DNA from: Phoronis australis
Taxonomy: Eukaryota > Animalia > Phoronida
NCBI GenBank assembly: GCA_002633005.1
Contig: NMRA01000201.1
Span: 137,139-201,138 of the forward strand
DNA: 64,000 nucleotides
Reading direction: 5' to 3'
Position 1 is the stretch's first letter. Each line of letters opens with the position of its first letter. The notes beneath the pieces are model-generated. The model searched no databases. It was not told the origin of the DNA and worked only from the letters and a program-made list of their open reading frames with translations. Made by a program: the position numbers and the translations under genes. Of this stretch, positions 38,901-50,400 are shown piece after piece.

Positions 38901-41900
38901 ATTGGAAATTCAATAAAAAGAGGTATGATGGTGTTCAAATATGAGGCTGCCTAGGGGTTTGAGTAGAGACCCTTCTGTGATAATGGAAAATGGACAGAAT
39001 TCTCACACAATCGGTCTTCTCTCACAGAATTAGAGATTACAGACTGAATTGACATATTTCAGTAGCAGATACCATAATTCTTATATTTTTGGTTTTTAAT
39101 CACCAAAAGTTAAGATTACAATACATCAAATTCGACATATTCTGGCTACAAATCGATTGATGATCGTTTTGCAACAGGCGTTCTCAAGAAGTTTTCATTC
39201 TGTCTGAATGTGCGCTGTTCTTTTTCCAGTTTTGACAAACAGGAGAAATGGTGTGCAGCAAATTATTGGTAAAACATAAAGCTGCAGCATAATTCAGTTT
39301 AAAAGTTCTTTTTGTTTCAAAATATGAAACGGAATTTTCTAATTTAGGAAACGGAAAAAACAGAATTTTGTGTTTCCAAAAAGTGGATTTCTGGTTCTGA
39401 AAACGGGGTAAAATCAGGGTCTTTGCTTTAAAATACAGAAGCATATTGTTTACTTTGTGTGCACTGAATGTTTACTTCAGATTGTTTTGAAAACTTTTTT
39501 GCAGTTGTGTAGTAAATCAAATGGATAATCATCTGCCTACTTAGAAATCTAATAGGTTTGCATTATGGGGTATTAAAATGTATGGGCATAGCTTATCTTA
39601 TGATGGTAGCAGAGGTCACTTGTATGTTAAACTGATAAAGATGCTACGATGTTGAAGTTTTGAGTTAGGCAATTTATTGAAATTGGTTTCCACACTCATG
39701 AAACGTAGCTTGTGCATCCAAAAACTGGCTCACCGACTATGAATTATGGGTATGACTCCTGGAGGACGAGGAGTCTATGAGCTTTGTTTACTGGTGGCGT
39801 AACCATGTTTGCGAGCCAAGGGACATAATTTTTGGATACATAAACCATGTTTTGTGGGTAGGGGTTCATGATTGAGAGTCTGTGAACCGACTTCGTATGC
39901 GCAAGTCGTGTTCATGAGTGCGTGAGCCAAGTTGTTTGGGTAGCCTATGGAATTACCAGTACATTATTCTGGGTGTTTAGCATCTTTGTGGTAATGAAAT
40001 GTTTGGAAAGGACATCAAATTAGACTGGAAGTTTTTACTCTCTGGGGACCATAGTTAATGCATCTTGAGTAATTAATACTTAAACAAGGAAAGCACATCA
40101 GGTCACAGCAGTTGTAGTAGCACTTGTGTGTAAAAAGAAGTACAAGGTCATTTCCTCATCTAAAGAGATGTGCTGAAACACACAGAAATGACATGTCAGT
40201 TACTGCAGACTTGCACATGCGATAGTACAGTGCGGCTACTGTTTTGAGGGGTTGGATTGATTTCTTCTCTTGCTTATCCAAAGAACCCTTTTCCCTCCAA
40301 TCTTTATCCGTTTATACTTGATTAAACTCTTTAGTTGGAAACGCAGCAGTTCACCAATGAACGCCTGTGAATGTAAACCAGCCACACATTTCTGTGAGTC
40401 AAGGCACTGGCGACTTGACACTATCTTCCCTAGAAGTGGATATGTTCATGTTTTTCATCATTAATTACGTCTCGAATTTTCGTCATTAATTATACGTTTT
40501 GGGTGAAAAACTCAAGCACGATTGCCTTGTCACCGCACGCTTGGTCATGTGTCTACTTTCAAGGACTACTTTCTCTGTCAAATGTATTGTGTTCCAATTA
40601 GTTGTGGTAATTAGGGTTGTCACTGTTCTGGGAAAATACATGCTGACAGCAACATAAATGGTCTCTCCTTTGGAAGCACAAGGCATTTAGGTTGTTAGGA
40701 AACCTGCTTCCATGGCAACACTGCTTAGAACAAAGAGAGTCCTGTGCATGTACTTTTTAAGCTTCAGTCCTAGATATCTGAAGGGTTGCCTTAGTTTGGT
40801 TCAGTTGAGGCTGGCTGACTGAAGCTGCTATCAATACGAAATGCCTTGCAACAGTTAAGACTGGCGGCAAGAGCACCAATCCTTTGAAATAAACCTATGC
40901 AGTGTTACCAGATGGTGAAAGTTTTTTTTTGGAGGACGAAGGTTCACCACCACATGGGTCTCTCTTGTGTTACAATAGCAGTTTGATTAAAACGGTCGTT
41001 TGGTTTTTGTGTAGTCATGAGTTGTTTGCTGTTGTTCTGTGGTATGTGTTAAGTCCAGTTGTCAGAGGTGGCATTTTAGGGTGCTGAACAACTAGCTCAG
41101 TGAGGTTCCACTTATGTCTGGGTTCACCTGCTGGGCCTGTGCTGAGAATGTCTTTGTGGGCTGACTGGCATTCCTTCAATAAACCCTACTGTCTGTGTCC
41201 TATACCTGCTGATGATAAGTTGCCGAGTGTTTACGCAGTTTTTATCGGTGTTTACTCTGACAAGTAGATTGCTGCAAGCCCTCTAATGTCAAAAATAGTC
41301 TGAGAGATAACGCGGAGATTAGGCGATAAGCATGGATTACACGCGAAATCCATGTCTAATGAATTACGTCGCACCTTGTGTACACACACAAATTCTGTCC
41401 GTGTTTCAAGGAAAAATGACTTTCTTATTACACATGCTTTTCTGTAAGTTATGTCAAATGTTAGCTCATCTGAAAACTGGTCAATTCACTGGCCTTAAAA
41501 GCAATTTGAGCCTTGAAACGTGGTTGTTAATGTTGAAATGGGTGTCTCCGATAAAATCTCACTACGACGCTTTGTAGCTTTGTAGAATCAGTGCACCGTT
41601 GTTTCTGGCTTCTCCACTATTTCTCCTCCTGTTAACTACACAATGTGGCTGACACGTGGAACTTCATGTCAATTTACTCAAATACAAATAAAGACCGAGA
41701 TGTTTTAGTGGATTTTTAGCTTTGTTTGTAATGTTAAGATGTTATAAAATATCATTTGTAAATTTGACATTATTTCAAGTAAGGTGACCACACTTTGAAA
41801 ACGAGAAAAATGATAATTTTGGCAAAAAAAATGTGCGTAATAAGAGAAAAGTTAGCGTAGCTTTCTTTTTTGGAGACGGTGGGAAGGTTGACCTTTTTTG

Positions 41901-44900
41901 CAACGTCATGTCTCCTGTTCCTTTTTCCTGTCCCAGATCACAAACAAGGGTGCCGCATTAGTAACTGATTGAATGCCAGATCGAGTTCTATCCTGCGGCC
42001 TCTTTTTTAAGTAGATTTTTGTGGCATTGTGTTCATCTTTCCTCATTGCAATAACCCCCCTCTTCTTCAATGGGGTCTTTTGTTATTGTATCAAGGTGAC
42101 TGCCTATCCAATATTCTTGTGATTGTGTTCAGTTTATTACCCTGACCTATTTCTTCAATTCCCTTGTTAAGAAATTTCTGCCAAATTTTGTCATAGATAA
42201 AATTGGTCTGAGTCATTCCTGGTGCTAGACTGGTTCCTTTGTGAGCCATGAGTAGTTCGGGATGTAATATGTTACATAGGATGTATTATGTTGTCATTTC
42301 GGATCTAAATATTTCCTGTTTTCTTTTGATCACATCGGCATGATCTGTGAAATATGTTGGCGGTGGTGATCTGCAATAACAAGATGACTAAACAACGTTT
42401 TTGTTTGTTGAGGTATTGTTTACATGCTAGAAGCACAGAGAGTTTTGGGGACTTTCTGTGAGAGACTTGTTGGTGTTTCGTGGCCTACTCTATTTTCAAT
42501 CAGTCGCTCAGGAACGTTGCAGAAAATTCTTCTGTTGATTCTGTATTTCATTTATTTTGGTAATCTATTTCAAAAGGCGTTTAGCGAGACTCAGAGAACC
42601 TGAACTCAAACTCTGAATAGAGAGCTTCCATGTAGAAGGTTCCCACTTGAAGGTGTCACTATATTTTCACTCTGGTGTTTGTTTATAGCATACACATCCT
42701 GTACATGTTTGTTATCTGTGCAATATATTTAGAAAACTGTTAGATAGGAAAGTTGATTTCTACAGGTATGAAGTACGGTACTATGTTTAGTCACACATAG
42801 TAACTCCACATAAAAATGTTACGTGACCTAATGTAACGATTTCATCTTCATATCTCTTATAATTGCTATGGAAACTCTATTGCAACATCCCATACCTTTC
42901 CCATTGACTCTCCTAGTCACAATGCAGCTGTCGCTAGTACTGGGGATTAAACACCAGATGGTGTAGTTGATTCGAGCTCTAGCGATTACTTCCATTGGAT
43001 TGGAGTCGAGCTTTATAATTGCGGATGCCAGAGGAGTTGTGCGAAGGCTGTTTACATACGAGAGATGTGCTTTCCCATTGATGGAAACTATGCGAAACCA
43101 GGGTGTCACTGTGTTGGTTGGAAAGCAGCATGATAGATGCCTGTGCGGCTAGCTTCCTTGAGAACAGTAGCCAAGTAGGGAAATATTCACATTGGCTCTC
43201 TCTAGATTAAGGCATGGTGTCTGACCCTTCAGCATGCTCCCTCATGTGTAATTTTGTTTTGAGGGGGAGGGGGGAGAATCCAACCCATTTTTATGAAATT
43301 GTGCATCTTTCTGGTTTTAAATCAAGTACCATCCCAACGCAAAAAAATAGTGGTCAAATCCAGCTGTGAGTCATAATGCAGGAGCTTAAATTTTAACGGG
43401 TGAGTAATCTCATAGGTTTCTGCTTGACAATTAATCCTAGGTGTATTTTTAAATCCTAACTCAAAAGTACTTAAGATAGGCTAAAGTTTAAGATAATACA
43501 TGGAAGAGGCTTAGTATAGCTGCACACTACAGTGGGAAGGATGGTTCCTTATGTCACCTTCCAATCCCTAAGTTCTGTTGAAGTTCTAGAATTCATTCTC
43601 CTTGACATATCTCTCCCCCTTCTCGTGGTCTCCCTCCTGCTCTCCCTCTATCATTCCGCCAGGCTTTCACCAGATTTAACCCCAATCAATAATCGGCTAC
43701 ATGAATAAACAACAGTCCTAGTTCATAAATACCTAACCAGGGTTTTAACTAATGGCCATTCTACACTTAAACAGGGTGATGGTGTAACTACACCAAAGTA
43801 TGGTTGTTAGAAGACAATTGAAGAAGGGCCATGTGTTCTCATGGTAGACATCTTGAATGCTGGTAGTTGACCAATTTTGCTGCCAATTGCTCCTTTGTTT
43901 GGCTAGTTAAACCGATGAGATTTCATGATGAGATTTCACGAAACAAACTATTGACCATGTCTTCATGATATGCTGGTTGAGGCTATTTGGTACTTGAATG
44001 CTGGTGCGGTGATAGAGGCTAGGGGTTGGGTCTTGTGTTCACTGCTTGTATTGCTTCTAGCTCCATGCATGCCTTGTTTCAGTGTTGGGAGCTGAAATCG
44101 AGGCTGTGCACCAAGAGAATTTTGTGTGAAGCAAGATAATATTATAATAGCGCAGTGTTAATTTGTGTATTTGTAGCGCGAAAGAAATGACGATATTTCA
44201 CAGTGCGCCTTAAATCACAATTAATTGCTTTTGTGTTTAATGACATTCAGAGCTCTCCCTAAGTAGCAAAAATCAAAACATGATGAAAATTTGTGTGTCG
44301 AGTTGTCGCGTCCTAATCCTCTTTTCTGGTAATCACAGAATAAACTATAGTTACACAATATTTTCACTTTCTGAGCCTGCCAATATTAGTTATACGGCAA
44401 CATTTAAAATATGTCACTGTGCAACACTGTTTGAATCAGTTGTCTTGTAAGGCAGACAAAACTTTGGCATTTCAAACATAGTGCCGAACTTTTAAAATAG
44501 GGTGCAGGCAGTGTATGACAACATGTTAAAATCTTCTGTCTTCAAATTGGGGTTTTGATGTTGAAAGGATGCTTTGATTTCCCTGTCAATATGAATCAAA
44601 TGACAGCTTGAATCCCAAATTATAGTTCCATGGAAAATGTATATGTCACAAAACTCAAAGTGGCCGGATAATTTTTTCATTGGCGTGGTTGGAAGTTGAG
44701 TCAAAATGGTTTGGTGGCAATGGAAGGTTTGAATTTCAAGTGCTGTAAACATTTAAGGTTTTGTTTGATGCACTTGGCATTCTTGCATAAAAGCCCAGGA
44801 TATGTTTAGATTTTAAAGTAAACTACGACTTCCTGATACTGTAGTTTGAGGTTTGACAAAGGTGAGGTCTGCACCTTGAAAGTTAATCTTCAACTAGTTT

Positions 44901-46485
44901 AGACCTCATTATAGCTTCAGTATTTCTGTATGTATGCTAAAACAATTAAGACCTAGCTAAAGCAAAATGTCTGTCCAGTAACCTCTTGGAATTGTGTGAA
45001 GCCTTGTTCATGAGCTACTTAGTTTTAAACTGTGATACTCACTTAGTGTGAACAAACTTGAAATTTTTGTTGTCGGCATTGTCCAGCAGTGAACTTAGAA
45101 CTCATGTTCTCCATAAAAGATAATTCCAACTCGACTGGAATTAAACTATTCATGTACAGATTTGAAAACCCGTGTTCTTAGTATGGAGAGTTTATGTGTC
45201 AAGTCTCAGAATAATGCCTAGAACTGATACCAAAAGGCCAAAATGTCCTGATGTCACAAAATTTATGAACTCCTTGCATGGGTTTTCAAACTCTGTGCAA
45301 TTAAGCCAAATTCGTCATGGCAAAATTGAAACTTGCTATAGTGCTGAGGCAAAACAGGTTGTGGAGAACACTTCTAGAACTAGTTTCTAAGCTTAGAGTC
45401 TCGAGTGGGGATTTTCTTTTTTAAAAAAGGGCTTATTGAACGAATTTGAAGAAATGATATTATACAGTTCTACACTTGTGTATTAACCAGAGACTTATGT
45501 GAATCAAAGCTCCATTTTGACCTGCCAACACACTGTTCACTGACTGGCCAAGACGCTGGCATTTCCGCTAGCACTTTCACCAGCAGTGAAAGTGCCAGTA
45601 AAAGTGACTGGTTGCGAGTATATCTTATGCTGGTGGGTTGAGATATTCCAGCACTGCTGCTGTTTTAGCTACCTCTTAAGTATCCTGGCCTCTTACTTCA
45701 GATGACACACATGGGTATGGAAAGGTGGACAATGCTTATCATTGCATTAATCAATTTATCGCAGGGAGATATGCTGCTTTAATTGACTTCAGTTGTGCTG
45801 GAGAGAAAGGGACTTCTTCGCGCGAACAGCACATCTGTCTGGCTATAAACAATTATGTTTTCTGAGTTGTTGGTAAATCTGCAAATTGTGCCACGTTTTC
45901 TGCTGGGGATGGCTTGCCCTGACGCCTGCTTCTAAATTTCACCTCAAGAAGCGCAGATCCAAGATGACGTTCTTTCTTGTAGAATTTTCCCCTGTTGCCT
46001 GTCTGATGTGTGGTAGAAACTGTGGTGCGTGTTTTTCAGCTGAAATGTGTACGATGTTGAGAATTCCACATTAATTGTTTTTCCTTTGGCACATATGAGA
46101 ATGTAATTAAATTCTGAGCCATGAACGGGTGTTCAACTTTAAGTACATACACTCCAGAGAAATTTATACTGTTACGGTTTAGACTTAACTTTTTTCGATT
46201 TTGTTCGTTTTCGTACACTGCAAAGGTCCAGGCAATGTCATCCAGACCAATAGCGGAATATTTCCCATCTAGTCGTAATACATGTGAGTGCTTCGAAATG
46301 GCCCCATACTGAGTATTTTGATTTGTTTTGTCACAGCTGTCTAGACACTTGATTTACTAATAGATTCTATTTTGTTTGGGAGATTTTCACAACTGTTATT
46401 TATTTCGAAAAAGGGCAGACATTGCCACCTAACCGGATGTGTCCTATTGGTGCTGCTGCTCCTATTTGACCAACTGTCCTGCGTT

Positions 46486-46583
46486 TTGGTCCTGTACATT
46501 GGTCTTGTACATTGCTTCTGCACATTGGTCCAGCATATTGGTCCTGTTCATTGGTCCTGTACATTGCTCCTGTACATTGCTCC
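46486..46583. repeat. 13-bp degenerate tandem repeat x7.5 (TTGGTCCTGTACA)
   Basis: Units: ttggtcctgtaca, ttggtcttgtaca, ttgcttctgcaca, ttggtccagcata, ttggtcctgttca, ttggtcctgtaca, ttgctcctgtaca, ttgctcc. Confidence 0.9.
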
Positions 46584-47072
46584 TTGTATGATACTCTTAT
46601 AAATTCTTGAAGGGAACTATATGGGTGGTTGATGTTCTGTGGTGCATATTTATGGCTGAGCACTTATATCATATAGATGTATCATCAATAATTTCATTGA
46701 AAATTTGAATGTGCTGAAGATTGTTTTGCCTTCAGCCACACTATCTTCTCTGATGATTTCAAAGTCTTTAGATCACATATCTTATTCAGCTGGACTTTTA
46801 GCCTATTCGCTATCTTGAAATATATATCCAAAGATTTCTCTAATAATGAAATTAAAAAAGTATGTATTATACTCATTTTGTAGCCATGTACATGATTTTC
46901 TTGCGTTCAACTTTAATTCTTATAGTTGAAGCTCTTGTGTATTCATCGTGTACATATTTTGTTTTTCTATCAGTTGATACTATATAACAAAACTGGTCTT
47001 TAATTATTTCGTATACTTTCTCATTAGACATGGCACGACCTGCAAGGCTATTTTTTTAATTAATCCTGACTT

Positions 47073-47203
47073 CCATTCAGTAACGCTAGGACATGGCTAA
47101 AATGTAAGACTTTGCGAGATTACATGAGATATTGTCGTGGATTTTGAATGACTTTGGCTAGATTTTAGCTAAGACCTAGCAGAGGTTCTAGAGTATTACT
47201 GAA
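47073..47203. mobile_element. MITE family A, copy 2
   Basis: Same-orientation diverged copy of 28112-28250, with termini ttcagtaa...ttactgaa. Confidence 0.8.
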
Positions 47204-47398
47204 CGCACGCCTAGTTGCTAAATGAAATTACTTCCCATGTCAGTAAGACATAAGTTGAGAACAGTTTCATAATGGAGAAATGGCTTAAATGGAAGAATAG
47301 TTTTTGACAGAAGACTAGTAAAAGACTGTTTTAAGCTTGGCGAGGGATATGTTTTTTTGTTCTTTGAAGTGAGTTAACCCATTTCTTGTCTGTTTCAG

Positions 47399-47494
47399 AT
47401 GGTGACGAAGACAAAGAAGGTGTTCATTGGGGGCGTTGGTCCTAACACAGAGTTCAAGGACGTACAGGCCTACTTCGAGGCTGAGTACGGAAAA
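47399..47494 (+). CDS. msi: Musashi exon 6, RRM2 RNP2 (MVTKTKKVFIGGVGPNTEFKDVQAYFEAEYGK)
   Basis: Acceptor tttcttgtctgtttcag, donor AAA|gtatgt, 96 nt, phase 0-0. Corresponds to MSI MVTRTKKIFVGGLS...DVKQYFEQFGK. Follows a 21,774-nt intron. Confidence 0.95.
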
Positions 47495-50400
47495 GTATGT
47501 ATTGTCGTAGCGTGGTCGCAATGCTGTTGGCAGTGGTTACCTTGATGCCAACTGCTGACGAGAGAGTGAGGAAAGGCTTTCTGACTGAGAATGAACTAAA
47601 CAATGTCAGAGTGGTAGATGTAGATATTGTTCTGGTTTTGGTTCCCTGTGATAACCATGTTGGTGTTGGTAACTGGTATCTTAGAGATGAGAAGTTATGT
47701 GGGTCCTGATCGTGGATACGGATTGTGAATGAATGAGGTGCACCTTTAGCAGTCCAGGGTGGGGCGGTTGTTTATGTGAGTGTTTGTGGATTGTGGGACA
47801 TCTGTTAAATTCAAATTGTTTGTGAATTTGCTCTAGTTTGTCCTCATTCTGTTTGTCACTGCGTTCACATGGCGACTTGGATGTGGAACAGTTTGCAGTG
47901 TGTCTTGAAGATATGCGAAGTGATGTCGTGTTGCAGCAGCTGCAGTGTTATAACCGTTATGAACAAACCTCAAACTTTTGATTTACTTGGTACTTTGGCG
48001 GGAACAACTTTCATCCAATTACGGGGTGAAGTGGGAGAAATAAAAATTAATAATTTGAAATGGCGTCCTGTTGTTCAGCGTGCTGTTTCTAGCTGAGTTA
48101 ATAAAGTCTACTGCCAATGTCTCGCCCCTGCCTTAACTCGCTCGCTGTAAAGATACAAATTTCACATCTTGAATTGCACAAATACCAGCTACGCTTTGGC
48201 GAAAGTAGCATTTATGAGTCCCATCTGAAATCATCAAGTTAGCTGGTCAACCTCATTTAAAAGGAACACAGGCAAAGACACGTTTGCTTCGCCCTGATGT
48301 AAACCACATGGAATTAAGCTGTGTAACCTGGTGGTTCTTGACTCTGAAGAACATCCGTTTCATATGGTCAGACAGTCTCACAGGGAGGCCAGCTTCTTTT
48401 AGTTCCCTGCTATTCACTTGGTTGATGGTTGTATTCAGCTGGGTTCTATAAGTCTGACAGACTTGTTAACAATATTGCACTCATTTCTGTCCAACATGGT
48501 CCACTGCTTTCCACAAATGAGTGTACTGTCAGTCTGGACAAAAACAGTTGCTAAAGTATTGGGCCATTATTATTCACCCACATGTACTTGTCCATATTGT
48601 GTCCGAAACCTGAAAAATATTACTTTAATGTTCAGTTGGCAGCAGTTTTATTTTTCAGTCATGTCCAAGAGATCACTTTGATCTCTCCCTCCAAACCGCC
48701 ACCCCCACCCCCTGCCCGCATTCTTCGTGATTTTAATGGTAAGAATTTTTAGACAAAAATCTATAGAGTCAAACTGAACTGGTCCTATGTGTGTGAGAGA
48801 ATGCTGTGTAGATTGACAGGTATGCTGGGTGGATTGGCCAGGAATTCTGACCCACTTAACCCCAAGCCAGTTATTCCCAGTATTAGAATGAGGCTAATGC
48901 CTGTGACTTTGTATGCTTAGCCTCTTCTGCAGTTGGCTTTTGTAATGGGCCAGTTAGTGTGCAGCGGATGCAAGGCCCACTTGATGACGCTCGTCACAAC
49001 TATCTTCATGCTACACCAAATTTTTATATAGTGTACACATGCGCACAGAAATTGAAGCATAAGGAAACCTTAACAGAGTTGAAAAAGTATGTCGTATTTG
49101 CTACCTAAGGGTTGAATTCTTAAAATTAGGATCCCTAAATTTTGTAGGTGGCACTAGTGAGTCAACAGTCTTACGGTTGTCATGTGGAATCGTTATGCCA
49201 TGATTGCCCCCATGAAACTGAAGCGTATTTTGTTACTGGCACATTGAAGCCAATATTGAGACCCTGGCCTTCATCTAGTGGATGTCCAAATAGAGACTGG
49301 CTTAACTGTAGACACCACACCCTGTTCTGTGTTTGGACTCCTTGTTCAATATTTGGATACCAAAGTAAAGTGAGCTAGTCAAAATTAGTCTCTTTTAACC
49401 TTCTAACAGTAGCTTTAGGAGCTCATTAGTTGGTCCAGGATAAAAAAATAGTTATGATATAAGATACGATTGAATGTATTGCAGACCCATGTCTCTCCAG
49501 TGACACAGTGGAGTATTATATTACAAACAGCAAATTGTCTTAAAATGTCACACTGGCATGGATGCCCAGAGAAATTGGAAACCCCATTGTGGACAGCCTT
49601 TTTTGAAAACCCCTGATGAGTCTCCCATTTCAAACAATCCACAAGTGCTTAATTGTACTGTCTAAATTTTCTTTTCTTGTTTCATCCGGGAGCAGTCACA
49701 ATTGCTGATTTCACACAGAACTGAACTATTCATCCTAATGAGTGGGATTCCAACTCACAGATGCACCACAGACATCTCAACCGACTGGACTCCCACAAAC
49801 TTCACGGAGGATGCATAAACGTATCTGAATTTAACTCTCGTTTCTGCTCAATTATTTCTAACAAGATTTCCCTAGTTAAGACTGCCATTACAAATTTTAC
49901 CCAATGTGATATCTTATATTGGAGTAATGACGCTGAAATTGTACAGCACGCGTTGGCATTATTCATCATAATAGCCATCGTGGAGGCAGAAATTTGAATA
50001 AATCTCATTACCGTTATGACAGCCACCGAGGAGTGTAGTTTCACAAGTTTTCATTGCGATATTAAATTGGCTGCATGATTTACTTGCACATATTTCCTTT
50101 AGTCATCACGACATGCTTCATCTAGTCTGTTTGTTTGATGTGCCGAGGGCAAAATTCATCCGTCTATGTTGATTTGTGCCATCGAGTACTCTGCTTTCTA
50201 CTCTTGCTTTTCCTCAAAATGTTGGCTGCAATTGGATTTTGCTGGGGGAAATTGCGGTCTGCTGTTGGTTTCACAAAAAAAACAGAAACACTCTTTTGTA
50301 ATCTGCATTCGTGAGAAGTTCACCTTTGTTTTGTAGTAGTTTACAGGTTAAAGATAATCATTTTGAAAAAGCTTATTTTTTGTTTTTCTTGGTGTCGACA

